Part shown: positions 16,345 through 27,749 of the stretch, in pieces
How the letters are laid out: each line of letters opens with the position of its first letter
Numbering within the stretch: position 1 is the first letter of the stretch
NCBI GenBank assembly: GCA_964565015.1
Contig: CAZMDP010000001.1
Span: 1-56,871, forward strand
From: an uncultured Prolixibacteraceae bacterium
GTDB taxonomy: Bacteria > Bacteroidota > Bacteroidia > Bacteroidales > Prolixibacteraceae
Length of the DNA stretch: 56,871 bases
Direction: 5' to 3'
Notes under the pieces: generated by a model
The model's input: the letters and a program-made list of their open reading frames with translations, nothing else
The model's database searches: none
What the model was told of the DNA's origin: nothing
Translations under genes and position numbers: made by a program

Positions 16345-19300
16345 ATGGCTGGCAACTACACCCGACGAATAAATCTCTATATCAATGGTGCTCAGGTACG
16401 CAATGATATAACAAGTATTTCCAACGAATTCCGTAAACTCGAACGCCGTATCAGAACCCTGCAGATCGGCTCAAAAGAGTACAACCGCGAAATGGCTAAA
16501 CTCAAATACCTGAGAACCATTATCGACGACCACAATGCCGCTCTGCGAAATACTCAGCTTAACCTTACTACCCTCAAAGGTCTGGCCAATGCCTTTAACA
16601 AGTACTGGCCGGTAATTATGGGAACCGTGGGCGCTATTTCAGGACTTGTGTTCGGCACCAAACGGGCTTCCGAAGAGTTTGCTGAGTTCGACGATAAGCT
16701 GTCCGACATCATGAAAGTTACGGGTATGACCCGCACTCAGGTTCTCGATCTTAACAAGGCCCTCCTTAAACTTGATACCCGCACTGCTCAAAACGACCTG
16801 CTCGACCTGGCATGGGTGGCAGGTAAACTTGGTTATACCTCACGCGAAGATATTCTCGGTTTTGTAAATGCGGCCGATAAAATTGCTGTCGCACTTGCTA
16901 AGGACCTTGGCGGTAATGCCGAAGATGCGCTGAAAGCTGTGGGTAAAGCTGTCGAAATTTTCGACCTCAAGCGTATATATGGCATCGAAGAAGCCATGAT
17001 ACGGGTGGGTAGCTCAATAAACGTTTTGGGTATGGCCAGTGTCGCTCAGGAAGGTTATCTGCTTAGCTTCCTCGAGCGCGTTGCCGGTATTGCCCCGCTT
17101 GCCGATGTTTCTGCTCAGGATATTATGGGGTTGGCAGCTGCTCTCGATATTTACGGCCAGAAATCAGAAGTTTCGGCAACTGCCTATACTAAACTTATGA
17201 GCAAAATGGCAACCGAAACCGAAGCTATGGCTAAGGTTATGGGCTTAACCATGGATGAATACGAAAAAATGTTCAGGGAAGATGCCAACGAAACCATGCT
17301 GCGATTATTTGAAACGCTCAAGGGCGAAGGTACCGATGCTTTTGGCCAGCTTGTTAATCTGCTCGGAGAAACCGAACTCGATGGCCAGCGTATGAACCAG
17401 GTTATGGGTACTCTCGTTAAAAATGTCGCACGTATCCGCGAACAGCAACTCTTGTCTAATAAGGCTTTCGACGAAGGCACAAGTGTAGTGCAGGAGTTTG
17501 ACATTAAAAACAATAACGCCAAAGCAAACCTCGAAAAAAAGGAAAAACAGATCAAAGCACTTCGCATCGAAATGGGCGAACGTCTTATTCCTGTTTATCT
17601 CGAAACACTCTCCGTGTACGAAAAATTCATTTACGCCACCACTTCAGTCATTGAGTTTCTGTTCCGCAATGCCAGAGGCATCATTTCGCTTATTTCTGCC
17701 ATTGCCGCCTACCGCATAGCCCTGTTTGCATCAAACGCATTGCAGCGCACCACCATTATGCTTACCGGGCTCAACAGAGTAGCTGTGCTCACACTCCATG
17801 TTGCATACAATCGCCTTACCGGAAATGCAATAAGGGCGGCAGCTGCTACAAAACTGCTCAATGCCGCTATGGTTGCTACTCCTTGGCCTGTTATTATTGC
17901 TTCGGTGGCTTCTCTCATATCATACATGATTGCTTATTCTGCCATACGCGAGCAAACCAATGATTTAGAATCCGCATCACAGCGGGTTGAAAAACAGGTT
18001 ATGAAGGATTACTCCGAAAAAGAAGCACGCATCAAACTGCTTACCAAAGCCATCGAAAACGAAAACCTGGTATTATCTTACCGCAAAGCCGCAATCGAAG
18101 AACTCAAAAGCATTGTGCCCGAATATCATGGCTATCTCGACGAAGAAGGCAGACTTATTAATAGCAATACCGAATCTATCGAGACTTACCTTAAGTCGTT
18201 CAAAAAACAAATCAGGGTGCAGGCGCTAAAAGACGAATTTGCAAGGCTGTACACCGAAGAAATGGAAGTGGGTAAATTACTTTCAGAAGCCAAAATGGAG
18301 CGCGACAGATTGGCCGAAGAATTAGCCCAGGCACCCGTAAAGGCATCTACCAAAAAATCCCTCGAACCAACCATCTTCGCTGCCATTGATAAAAAAATAA
18401 ACGAACTCTCAGAAAAATACAATAAAATTCAAAGTGAATTGCGCGGAATCGAAATCGGCATAAACGCCGAATTTGTTAAAACTCCCGGCAGTGAAGATCC
18501 CGATGATCCATCCGGCAAAGATAAAGAAGAGAAGATTGACTATTCCGAACAGGCCGAAGCCAATGCACGCATTGCAGCCAAACGAAAATACCAGAAAGGT
18601 ATAATCAAAACTCAAATTGACCTCGAAACTGAACTCGATAAAATCGCGCTCAGGTTTATGAAAGGACGCCTTTCGCAAATGGATCAGAAAGCCGCCGAAC
18701 GAGCCGAACTGCAGGAAAAAATTGTAGATCAGGAACTCAAAATGGCACGCGATAAACAAAAGCAGCTCGAAGCCATCGAATCGGCCGGCCTTGAATTATC
18801 TCCCGTGCAAAAAGCCGATAAGGAATTTAACGACGAACTCAAAAAACTCAACATCTTCCATAAAAAACAGCAAAACCTTACCACCAATGAGCTTCTGGCT
18901 TATCAGGCTCTAAAGGAAAAGCATCAGAACAATATTGATAAAATTGATGCCGAAGCAACCAAAAAAGAGATCGAACGCCGCGAAACTGCATTTGAAACAG
19001 CCCTCTCTCAACTCAAACTCAGCCATGTGCGCGAACTCGACCAAATGGATACCTTCGAAAAGGCAATGGATTGGCTGCGCTCAAAATACTCCGACGAGGA
19101 ACTTAAAAATGTTAAAACCCTCAACGATGCACGCCTGCTTATTCAAAAAACTCAGCAGGAAAAAGAAGCCGATCTGGCTGTTGAGCACATCGAAAGCCTC
19201 ATGAAGTCGGTTTACACTGCTATCGAAACAGGTCAATTCGAAGGTGTTGCTCTGGCCGATAGCATTATGTCAACCGAAGAATGGCAGGTGCTCAATACCA

Positions 19301-20373
19301 TGCTGCAGGAACTCATTAATCGCCTGCAGCAAATTAAAAAAGAACGCCGCGAAGCCACAGGAGAGGATAAAAAAGAAAAAGAAGATGAAATTAAACTCCG
19401 GGGCAAATTCAAAACCGATATTCTCGGCTTCACCCCCGACGACTGGAATGTACTATTCAAAAATCTGAAAGATGGCAAACTTAAAGTTGAAGATTTTGCC
19501 ATGGCTGCCTACGCTGTTTCCAACGCATGGGCCGATATAAACCAGATTATGAAAAATTCCGAAGATACCGCACTGCAGCGCTATGAATCTTCGGTTAACC
19601 GTAAAAAAGAACTCCTGTCCGATCAGCTCGAAGCCGGTATCATTTCCCAGGAACAATACGACGACAAAACCGAACAGCTCGACAAAAAGGTTGAACACCG
19701 TAAGGCAGTCCTGGCAAGGAAGCAGGCCGTGCGCGACCGCAATGTAGCCCTCTTTAATGCCGTCATCAATATGGCTGCGGCTATTGCCGAAGCCAACCCA
19801 AATGTTGCACTCATGGCGCTGGCTGGTGCCGCTGGTGCTCTGCAAATCGGTATCATTGCATCTACCCCGCTGCCCGAAATTCCAGGGCTCGAAACCGGGG
19901 GTTACTTCGACATATTCCGCCAGCAGGATCGCAAAAAATTCAAAGCCAGACTCGATCCCCGAAAACGAGGCTGGATTAATGCCCCAACCGTGCTCACTGG
20001 CGAAAAACCTGGCTCCCGCGAATATGTTATCCCCGACGAGGCAATGGATAATCCTTCAATCAAGGGTCTGATTGATATTCTCGAAATGGCCAGAATCAGC
20101 CATAACCTCAAAACCATTGATCTCGATAGTATCATCCCGTCAATGCCAGGCAGAGCCAAAGGCGGTTTCCTGTATCAGGATTCAAATGCCCAAAACAAAG
20201 CAGCGCGGGTTCCGGCTATCAACCCAGCTGCCGATAATGCCGATCTGGCATCTGCAATCAATACACTCAACCATATCCTTAGCTCTGGCAAAATCAAAGC
20301 CCGCCTCGTTTACCAGGACTGGACCGATATGGAAGAATCCGCAAACTCAATCGAAGATCTATCATCAATCTGA
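16345..20373 (+). CDS. tail tape measure protein
   Basis: ~1340 aa, helical; TP901-like core (FDDKLSDIMKVTG...AGKLG); start reassigned to MAGNYTRR. Confidence 0.9.
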   Translation: MAGNYTRRINLYINGAQVRNDITSISNEFRKLERRIRTLQIGSKEYNREMAKLKYLRTIIDDHNAALRNTQLNLTTLKGLANAFNKYWPVIMGTVGAISGLVFGTKRASEEFAEFDDKLSDIMKVTGMTRTQVLDLNKALLKLDTRTAQNDLLDLAWVAGKLGYTSREDILGFVNAADKIAVALAKDLGGNAEDALKAVGKAVEIFDLKRIYGIEEAMIRVGSSINVLGMASVAQEGYLLSFLERVAGIAPLADVSAQDIMGLAAALDIYGQKSEVSATAYTKLMSKMATETEAMAKVMGLTMDEYEKMFREDANETMLRLFETLKGEGTDAFGQLVNLLGETELDGQRMNQVMGTLVKNVARIREQQLLSNKAFDEGTSVVQEFDIKNNNAKANLEKKEKQIKALRIEMGERLIPVYLETLSVYEKFIYATTSVIEFLFRNARGIISLISAIAAYRIALFASNALQRTTIMLTGLNRVAVLTLHVAYNRLTGNAIRAAAATKLLNAAMVATPWPVIIASVASLISYMIAYSAIREQTNDLESASQRVEKQVMKDYSEKEARIKLLTKAIENENLVLSYRKAAIEELKSIVPEYHGYLDEEGRLINSNTESIETYLKSFKKQIRVQALKDEFARLYTEEMEVGKLLSEAKMERDRLAEELAQAPVKASTKKSLEPTIFAAIDKKINELSEKYNKIQSELRGIEIGINAEFVKTPGSEDPDDPSGKDKEEKIDYSEQAEANARIAAKRKYQKGIIKTQIDLETELDKIALRFMKGRLSQMDQKAAERAELQEKIVDQELKMARDKQKQLEAIESAGLELSPVQKADKEFNDELKKLNIFHKKQQNLTTNELLAYQALKEKHQNNIDKIDAEATKKEIERRETAFETALSQLKLSHVRELDQMDTFEKAMDWLRSKYSDEELKNVKTLNDARLLIQKTQQEKEADLAVEHIESLMKSVYTAIETGQFEGVALADSIMSTEEWQVLNTMLQELINRLQQIKKERREATGEDKKEKEDEIKLRGKFKTDILGFTPDDWNVLFKNLKDGKLKVEDFAMAAYAVSNAWADINQIMKNSEDTALQRYESSVNRKKELLSDQLEAGIISQEQYDDKTEQLDKKVEHRKAVLARKQAVRDRNVALFNAVINMAAAIAEANPNVALMALAGAAGALQIGIIASTPLPEIPGLETGGYFDIFRQQDRKKFKARLDPRKRGWINAPTVLTGEKPGSREYVIPDEAMDNPSIKGLIDILEMARISHNLKTIDLDSIIPSMPGRAKGGFLYQDSNAQNKAARVPAINPAADNADLASAINTLNHILSSGKIKARLVYQDWTDMEESANSIEDLSSI

Positions 20374-20379
20374 CAGGCC

Positions 20380-22617
20380 ATGCTTAAACTCAAAATCGGA
20401 AACATTTCGGTTTCTGCCGATAACGATACCAACATTCCTGTGGTGCTCAGATCACCGGTTTTTCGTACCGGCGACGATAAAATACCCGGCAGCTTTATTT
20501 TTGACTTTTCGCTGCCTTATACCAACGAATTAAAAACCGAACTGCAGTTCCCGCACCGCCCTGCCCGAAAAGGTAAACCTGTCGTTGACAAACCCTTCGA
20601 ACTGCACTTCGGCCCGCTGCACTACACCGGTACTGCTTCAATCGTTAAAGCATCCGAAACTCACATCGAGGTTTCTATGCCCGTTGATTCAGGCGATCTC
20701 GCCAAAGAACTCAAAAATAAATTCCTGAACGACATCGGTATCACCGAAACCGTTAACTATTATCCAAAATTGTGCTTCTCTTATTACCCGGTTAACGTCG
20801 ATCTGTTTTATGAAGAAGAAGCTCTGTTCGTTAAAAACATCCCGCTTCAGCCGGTTGCTACGCCTATTGATACCCTCAGTATGCTAAACACCAGCACCTA
20901 CGAATGGAAAGCACCCTACAATGGCAGCTTTAATGTTAAAGTCATTATCAATTCAAAGTTTGGCACAATTACCATGCTCGGCAGTACTTTCCCGGCCGGA
21001 AATGTAAGAGCCTTCGATATGCATAAAAACGGCACCCGAATTTATGCCGAAGCCATTGAAGCCGACAGTTATTCGCATGTAGCACAGTATAGCTTTCAAA
21101 AAGACGATATCATCACCTTTTTCCTCGCCTGCGATTCGGTTGAGGCCTATTCCTTTCATTACCTCAGTATAGCCATTAAACTGGGCACCACAATTACCAT
21201 TGATGATAATACATTCCCGTTTACCGATGAAATTGCAGGTTCATATCCCGATTATAATTATACTGTTTTCCCGGTAAATAATCCTTCGGTTATGAGCAAC
21301 CTGCCCGAAAGCCTTTACCGCATCGACATTGCCAACATCATCGAAAATCATAAAGAACTGCTTCCTTACCTCAATTACTACGCTGCCGGCAAATTTCCTT
21401 ATGTGGTCGTGGGCATCAAGGAAGAAATTTACCAGGCAGTGCTCAACCTTTTTGCACCCTATCCTTACCTGCCGTTTGTTGTAAACAAGCTCTTTAAGCA
21501 CATCGGCTACAACATAGTTAACAATGTGTTTGAAAACAACGATCTCAAAAAAATCGTCTATTTTCATAACTCATTCATCAATAACTATTTTTACGACAAT
21601 GCAGAGGTCGCTATCAACGACTTTATGCCAAAACAACCCCTGGCCGATTTCCTTAAAAACGTAACCAACACTCTCGGCATCGTATTTACGGTTGATTCTA
21701 CCCGCCGCAACATTACTTTCAAGTTTGTTAACGACATCATGCTCGATCAGTCTGCAGTTGATTTCAGCGATGGTATCGTTAAAATTCCCGAAATTACCTT
21801 TTCAACCATCAACGGTTATAAAATCAACTTCACACCTGCTCAGTGCGATTACCTCTCAAAATATGTAAAATCACTCGAAGGGCTTACAATCAAGGGAACT
21901 GTTACAATTCTCAACCAACTGTCAGCCATCACCGATCAGCTGATAAACGATTGCTGGTATGTTTCGGCAAGGCACTCCTGGTTCGTGTGGAACTACGATC
22001 CCGAACAGGGTGCTCTTAACTGGGTTTTCCACTCTTTCGACTTTACCCTCGAATTAAAGGATACAATTGAAAACATCGAAAAAGAACCTTACTCTGTCGA
22101 ACTTAATCTCAACACCGTGCTTATGGATTACTTCGATCCAATTCTCGGCAACGGAGATAAAACCATAAGCGCAGCCATGCGCGACTGGCATGTTCCGGTT
22201 CAGCACATTGCCGGCAATTTCAGGCAACTGCCCGAAGCATACAAATCCGAATACTTTACAGCTCTGCTCAATTACCTGGGCATGGTAAACGATAGCAACT
22301 CCAACCCATATCCAATGGGTTCCAATTCGGTTTACAACTTCGCAGGCTCTCGCATTGCCGATCTTGGCCTTACCCTCGATGGAGATTATGGTTTATTCGA
22401 GAAAAAACTTAAACTCTTTATGCAGTTCATCACCAATTCGCCAGGCGATTATGAGTTCACCAAAATCATGTCGCCCGTGCAGATAGCAAACCTCAATTTC
22501 CTGCAATGGCACAACATACATGGCGTTGATTACCTCATTAAGGAAGTCAGGTTCAACATCTTCCGCGATCATATTTCAGTGCCTTCTTTTGTTGCCGTAA
22601 GGCGAAACATCTCTTAG
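20380..22617 (+). CDS. tail tip/baseplate protein
   Basis: 745 aa, immediately after the tape measure gene. Confidence 0.6.
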   Translation: MLKLKIGNISVSADNDTNIPVVLRSPVFRTGDDKIPGSFIFDFSLPYTNELKTELQFPHRPARKGKPVVDKPFELHFGPLHYTGTASIVKASETHIEVSMPVDSGDLAKELKNKFLNDIGITETVNYYPKLCFSYYPVNVDLFYEEEALFVKNIPLQPVATPIDTLSMLNTSTYEWKAPYNGSFNVKVIINSKFGTITMLGSTFPAGNVRAFDMHKNGTRIYAEAIEADSYSHVAQYSFQKDDIITFFLACDSVEAYSFHYLSIAIKLGTTITIDDNTFPFTDEIAGSYPDYNYTVFPVNNPSVMSNLPESLYRIDIANIIENHKELLPYLNYYAAGKFPYVVVGIKEEIYQAVLNLFAPYPYLPFVVNKLFKHIGYNIVNNVFENNDLKKIVYFHNSFINNYFYDNAEVAINDFMPKQPLADFLKNVTNTLGIVFTVDSTRRNITFKFVNDIMLDQSAVDFSDGIVKIPEITFSTINGYKINFTPAQCDYLSKYVKSLEGLTIKGTVTILNQLSAITDQLINDCWYVSARHSWFVWNYDPEQGALNWVFHSFDFTLELKDTIENIEKEPYSVELNLNTVLMDYFDPILGNGDKTISAAMRDWHVPVQHIAGNFRQLPEAYKSEYFTALLNYLGMVNDSNSNPYPMGSNSVYNFAGSRIADLGLTLDGDYGLFEKKLKLFMQFITNSPGDYEFTKIMSPVQIANLNFLQWHNIHGVDYLIKEVRFNIFRDHISVPSFVAVRRNIS

Positions 22618-22623
22618 TACGTC

Positions 22624-22659
22624 TGTCCTTTATTTTTAAATACCGGCCATTTATTTTCG
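22624..22659 (+). promoter_or_regulatory. putative late promoter 3
   Basis: TGTCCTTT-N20-TATTTTCG. Confidence 0.75.
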
Positions 22660-22680
22660 CACACATTAACAGCCATTTCA

Positions 22681-23865
22681 ATGACACTATCGCTCTTAAA
22701 CTCTCCGGTCGAACCTGCTCTTAGCCACAATCCGGCTTTTTTCAGGCTGCAAAGCGATCAAACATCTGAGCCCAATCTGCGCGTTGACCTCACCATGCTC
22801 GAATCGGCAGTGCAGCTCGGGCAGGACAGCCTTACTGCTTCATCAAACGGAATCGTAACCTTCGAACTAAGCGAGTACTTCAAAACCTTTTTCTCTCCAA
22901 ACTTTACATTTCCCGATGCAGGCCAGAACCACCGCGCTGTTACCGGTAATTACAAACGCATAGGCCTGGTTTTTGAAGAATTTTGCGGATCTCCACCGGT
23001 TGAAACCGACCAGCTCGATATTCAGGAATTTCCTGTTATCTGCGGCCGTATCCCGGCCTATCTGCACACCTGGTTTTACCGCACTTATGCCAGCTTTGCC
23101 GCCTTTATTGCCACAAACAAAGGCCTCATGTCGTTCTGGCCTTCTACCCACACAGTTTCCAAAACCCAAACCGAAAAGGTTTATTTCTGCAATTACTGGG
23201 ACTTTGTTGCCGATCAGCAGCTCAAGTGTTATGTAACCATTCACTTTACCGATGGCACTTCAGGCGCAATGGTTCAGGTGGGTGCATCAGCCACCGCCAT
23301 TTCACGACAATGGCAGGTTTGGGAATTCCATACAGGTTATAATACCCTGGGCATTGATGCCATTGCTCTGGCTCAGGCTCCCACAAAAACCGTAAGCGGT
23401 TACGATGTTGAAATAGGCCTCGCTACCAACGATATCCGAAGCAACAAAATATCATACCTGCTCGATCAGTCTTATTACGTCAACAGGCGCGAATTTATAT
23501 TCCGCAATCCGCTTTCAGGTTACGATACTTTTATTGCCACCGGATCGGCACAAATCACCGCCGATTATCAGCCCGAAATTATCAATGTACTGCCATGGTG
23601 GGGCATTACCGGAAACGGCCGCAAAACCATTCGCACCACTTTCGACGAAACCGTTGAGTGTAACTCCGGCTTTGTTTCTGCTCAAACCATGGAGGCCATG
23701 CCTCAGTTCTTTGAATCAGAAGAAGTGTACGAAATCATTGCCGGAAAACTTTATCCCATTGGCTTCCCTCAGCAGTCTGTTATCAGGCACTCCGATAAAA
23801 AAGGACTGTACTACTTTACATTCTCATATATGTACCTGCCCATCAATGTTATAGAAACAAACTAA
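22681..23865 (+). CDS. tail structural protein
   Basis: F.FRN.LSGYDTF motif seen in Bacteroidota phage tail proteins. Confidence 0.6.
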   Translation: MTLSLLNSPVEPALSHNPAFFRLQSDQTSEPNLRVDLTMLESAVQLGQDSLTASSNGIVTFELSEYFKTFFSPNFTFPDAGQNHRAVTGNYKRIGLVFEEFCGSPPVETDQLDIQEFPVICGRIPAYLHTWFYRTYASFAAFIATNKGLMSFWPSTHTVSKTQTEKVYFCNYWDFVADQQLKCYVTIHFTDGTSGAMVQVGASATAISRQWQVWEFHTGYNTLGIDAIALAQAPTKTVSGYDVEIGLATNDIRSNKISYLLDQSYYVNRREFIFRNPLSGYDTFIATGSAQITADYQPEIINVLPWWGITGNGRKTIRTTFDETVECNSGFVSAQTMEAMPQFFESEEVYEIIAGKLYPIGFPQQSVIRHSDKKGLYYFTFSYMYLPINVIETN

Positions 23866-23875
23866 ATTCTTCGTT

Positions 23876-25231
23876 ATGGGTCAGGACCTTACCAGTCGTG
23901 TTGAAGCTCTCGAAAAATACATCCGCGAAATGGAATACAGGTTTGTTTCTATCAAACGAACCCGTATTTCTGGCGTTATACCCGATGTAACACAGGTAAA
24001 AGAGTGCATGTTTGTTATTAACGAAACCGATGGTAAAGTTTTCTTAAAAAAGAGAAGTACAGAGGGGGTTACAAGCATTGTTGAACTGGCCGGCGGAAAC
24101 CCGGGAACTGCCGAAACACACTCCCGCGCCCACCAGATTGATGACCCCCTCGACCACCCCGCAGTTCCCGAAGCAAAACGAAATAAATGGCTGCATACCA
24201 ACGCCGAAACCGGCGCAATCGAGCTGAGCGACCTGCCCGAAGGCCTTGATGGCGAAACTCCATTCATAGGAATGAACGGAAACTGGTGGATAGGTGAAGA
24301 AGATACCGGAGTTCAGGCCGCAGGTGAAGATGGCTCAGATGGCGATACACCTTTTATCGGAGAAAACGGAAACTGGTGGATAGGCTCAACCGATACCGGA
24401 GTTCAGGCTGCAGGCGAAGATGGCACAGACGGCACAAATGCTTATCTTTATGTTGCATACGCTTCTGATGATACCGGATCGGATTGGAATTTAACACCCT
24501 CAGCAACGCTTAAATACCGGGCTGAAATACAGTCAACCGTAGCATTAACGCCGATTGAATCAGATTTTGCCGGAGCAACATGGGTAAAATACATTGGTGA
24601 AGATGGTACTGCAGGCGAACTTACTCATTACTGCTACATTGCCTGGCGCGATGCACCTGGCGATGGCTTTACCCTTACACCCAACCTTACATCAGCATAC
24701 GAAGCCATACTCATTACACACGAGCAAATTGCCGAACCCGTTGAAGCCGATTTCGATGGCTATTGGCGTGCACGGCCGCTGCCTGCCGAAGGCGGCGGCA
24801 GTACTCAGCTCACTGCAGTTCCAACAGTTAACAAAACTGCTTCCGGCATTACTACCCAGCTTAATGCCAACGAAGCTCAGGCCTTTGGCGATGTAGTGCG
24901 CATTAATTCATCGGGAAAGGCACAGTTAGCCAAAGCCGATGTAATTGCCAATGCCACCGCCCTGGCCATGTGTGTAAGCGAAAGTGTAGCCGCCGATGGT
25001 GTTGGCAACTACCTGCTAATCGGCTTTGTGCGCAATAACGCATGGGATTTGTCGGTGGGTGAAATTGTTTACCTTTCACTTTTAGGCACGACAGGCAACA
25101 CTTTAACACAGGAAAACCCGGCGGATAATGCAGGCGTGACTGAGGATAATGTAGTGCAGATTTTAGGTGCTGCAACCAGCGCAGATTCAATTTATTTCAA
25201 ACCCTCACTTTCACAAGTGGAATACAAATAA
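23876..25231 (+). CDS. tail fibre-like protein with TPFIG.NGNWWIG repeats
   Basis: Gly-X-Y stretches, duplicated 30-aa unit, C-terminal beta-rich domain. Confidence 0.65.
   Translation: MGQDLTSRVEALEKYIREMEYRFVSIKRTRISGVIPDVTQVKECMFVINETDGKVFLKKRSTEGVTSIVELAGGNPGTAETHSRAHQIDDPLDHPAVPEAKRNKWLHTNAETGAIELSDLPEGLDGETPFIGMNGNWWIGEEDTGVQAAGEDGSDGDTPFIGENGNWWIGSTDTGVQAAGEDGTDGTNAYLYVAYASDDTGSDWNLTPSATLKYRAEIQSTVALTPIESDFAGATWVKYIGEDGTAGELTHYCYIAWRDAPGDGFTLTPNLTSAYEAILITHEQIAEPVEADFDGYWRARPLPAEGGGSTQLTAVPTVNKTASGITTQLNANEAQAFGDVVRINSSGKAQLAKADVIANATALAMCVSESVAADGVGNYLLIGFVRNNAWDLSVGEIVYLSLLGTTGNTLTQENPADNAGVTEDNVVQILGAATSADSIYFKPSLSQVEYK
24248..24424 (+). repeat. 90-bp tandem coding repeat (2 units)
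   Basis: GATGGC...AACGGAAACTGGTGGATAGG...GATACCGGAGTTCAGGC at 24248 and 24338. Confidence 0.8.
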
Positions 25232-25233
25232 TT

Positions 25234-27480
25234 ATGGCAATTTGGTATGTAGATATTTACAATGGGCACGACAGAAACACAGTTACAAATGCTGTTGCCA
25301 GTAATCCAAGCGGTTCTACGGTTTTAATTACTTTTCCGACAACAGGTATTCCACATGATTATGTCACAGGGATGCAGGTATTATTATCATCATTTTCAGC
25401 TTGGCTTAATGGAACTTGGACAATAACTGTTGTAGATGATTTTTCATTTACGCTTAATGGTGCGGTTTGGCAAGCAACTGCAGATGCTTCAGGAACTTGC
25501 GATGCAGCAGCAGGCCATGAAGGTGGCTCTACATGGGAGACAGCTTGGAGAACGTTGAATTACGGAGCAAGGAGTGGAAGAATAGCACCGGGAGATGAAA
25601 TAAGGATTTCTAAAACACCTGATCCTGTTTCTATAGGAAATGTATTTTGGTCGGCTTCTAAAAATGTTATTTTGGAGGCAGCAAGGACACAAACAATATT
25701 TAGCGGAGATGCTCCATGGATAAAATCTGCAAATGTTAATTCCGTAAGAACAACATCAGAAATATATTATAAATACGGGACCGGGAGTTATAGTATAGCA
25801 ACACTTGCAGCATTTACTACAGGTAAAGCTGTGTATTACACACTTCCGTCATCGTTGGATTTAAGCTCTTTCCAGGAATTATCTTTATATGCAAAGCCGT
25901 CTACAAATATTGCTGAAAACTGTATGAGAATTTGTTTATGCTCAGATGCCTATGGAGCTGTTATTGTTGATGAATTTAGAGTACCCTATAATTCAGGCTC
26001 TAAAATAAGAGCGTGGTTGCTTCAAAAAACAGGCGGAGGTAATCTTGGAAGTAGTATAAATAGTATTGCTGTTTACTTTGATACTGACCCTGGTACTTTA
26101 ACCATTTACTTAAATAATATTTTAGCAACAAAAATTAATGATATAAATCAGTCTTGTCTAATCAGTAAATGTGGTTCCGCCACTGGAGGAAAAGAAGAAG
26201 GCGAAGATTGGTATCAAGTTGGATGGATCGATGGAACTACAGTTGCCATTGATAATCATATTGAAGTTACAGATGGAAACAGAAGATTTAACAATTATGG
26301 AGAAGATACTGTCGAATCTTTCATCAGAACGCCTTTTATTTTCCCTCAAGTTTTGCCGTTCACTAATTGGGGAGGGATAAGTACAGATGGAACTTTGAAT
26401 GCAGTTGTGTCTTACAAAGGTGGTTTTGAAATAGGAACAAATGATCAAAATGGGTTAACATTTTTAGCAAGCGTCAATGGAGCCACCAGAGGAATTCAAT
26501 TGGCGAGAAGTTATTTATTTATTGAACGATTGGCATTTACGCGTTTTGAATATGCTTATTATATCTCTACTGCAAATCATTGTCATTTTGAAATACAGAA
26601 TTGCGTAGCGAATGTAAATTATGGTGTATATATGAGTTTATGCTTTAATAACAAAATTAATACATACAATATGCATAGTAATGGGGCAAGTGGTTTATAC
26701 CTTTATAGGAGTTCAGACAATATGAGCGAATACTGCTCAGGTCATCACTGCTCTACTAACGGACACGGAGGATTACGCTTAGAAAGCTCATTTAACAATT
26801 TATTTAAAGATGTTTCATGTAATGGCAGCAATATCAATCTTTCTTGTGTAGATAGCGCCAATAATAAGTTAAAATACCGTCAATCAACAAACGGCTTTTA
26901 TACGGGCTGGGGATTATCCTGCGATAATAGTGAAATTGAACTTATTAATGCAACTCTTATAGCCGGTATTAATAATTTTTCATTTAGTTCATACGACCTT
27001 TCAAAATTTACTAAGGTTAAAATAATAGATTCTATGCTTAACGGTTCCTTTGTTTCCAGAGGGATTGTATCAAGAAACGCAGAGATATATATGGATTATG
27101 GCGACTCTTATGCTCCGAGAGAGGGAGACTTACATTACTGGAGAGTCAAGATAAACATGTATCACAATGCATTAGCACCACTTAGATTTAAGATAGCAGA
27201 GTTTGCATTTGAGGCCGGTTTTCAAGTTACAATTAAAGCATGGATAAAAAGAGATTCTGAAGAAAGTACTGGAAAGCTGGTTTTACAAGAAAATATTACT
27301 TGTGGGATATCCGAGATGTCTGTTGCGGCTTCAACATTTGGGTTTTCTGTTTGGGAGCAGCTAACACTAAGTTTTGTTCCGTTAGTTGAAGGAGTTGGTG
27401 AGATAGCTTTTGACTTTTCTACAACTTCATCACTTTCAAGGTTATCTATAGGGTCTCTTGAAATAACTCAATCTTCTTAA
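25234..27480 (+). CDS. putative receptor-binding/tail spike protein with beta-helix region
   Basis: 748 aa; N-terminal WYVD..G.D; repeated N...G(V/L)Y(M/L)...N units; AT-rich coding style. Confidence 0.6.
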   Translation: MAIWYVDIYNGHDRNTVTNAVASNPSGSTVLITFPTTGIPHDYVTGMQVLLSSFSAWLNGTWTITVVDDFSFTLNGAVWQATADASGTCDAAAGHEGGSTWETAWRTLNYGARSGRIAPGDEIRISKTPDPVSIGNVFWSASKNVILEAARTQTIFSGDAPWIKSANVNSVRTTSEIYYKYGTGSYSIATLAAFTTGKAVYYTLPSSLDLSSFQELSLYAKPSTNIAENCMRICLCSDAYGAVIVDEFRVPYNSGSKIRAWLLQKTGGGNLGSSINSIAVYFDTDPGTLTIYLNNILATKINDINQSCLISKCGSATGGKEEGEDWYQVGWIDGTTVAIDNHIEVTDGNRRFNNYGEDTVESFIRTPFIFPQVLPFTNWGGISTDGTLNAVVSYKGGFEIGTNDQNGLTFLASVNGATRGIQLARSYLFIERLAFTRFEYAYYISTANHCHFEIQNCVANVNYGVYMSLCFNNKINTYNMHSNGASGLYLYRSSDNMSEYCSGHHCSTNGHGGLRLESSFNNLFKDVSCNGSNINLSCVDSANNKLKYRQSTNGFYTGWGLSCDNSEIELINATLIAGINNFSFSSYDLSKFTKVKIIDSMLNGSFVSRGIVSRNAEIYMDYGDSYAPREGDLHYWRVKINMYHNALAPLRFKIAEFAFEAGFQVTIKAWIKRDSEESTGKLVLQENITCGISEMSVAASTFGFSVWEQLTLSFVPLVEGVGEIAFDFSTTSSLSRLSIGSLEITQSS

Positions 27481-27482
27481 TT

Positions 27483-27749
27483 ATGGCCCTTCCATCATCA
27501 GAAAAATTAAAAGCATTAAACTATTCGCTGGATGGTACCCCATTTTTTAGAGTTGTGCTCGGAAATTTGAATCCGAACGGACTCCAGATGTCTATTGACG
27601 GCACTCCATGGTGGGGTCATGCGAATTCAGGCGTACCACCACAAATACGCCACATCAAGGCAATCAACAGGGTAGTTCGAGAACACATTAAGAAGTACAA
27701 CGGAGTAAGTGAAACAAATATTAATAAGGCTTTAAATGTTGAGGGGTAA
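27483..27749 (+). CDS. hypothetical tail-associated protein
   Basis: 88 aa with a duplicated S.DGTP motif. Confidence 0.6.
   Translation: MALPSSEKLKALNYSLDGTPFFRVVLGNLNPNGLQMSIDGTPWWGHANSGVPPQIRHIKAINRVVREHIKKYNGVSETNINKALNVEG

Noticed and set aside
23876-27480. Diversity-generating retroelement acting on the tail genes
   Set aside because: No reverse transcriptase is present and no template/variable repeat pair differing at adenines was seen. The 90-bp repeat is an in-frame tandem duplication.
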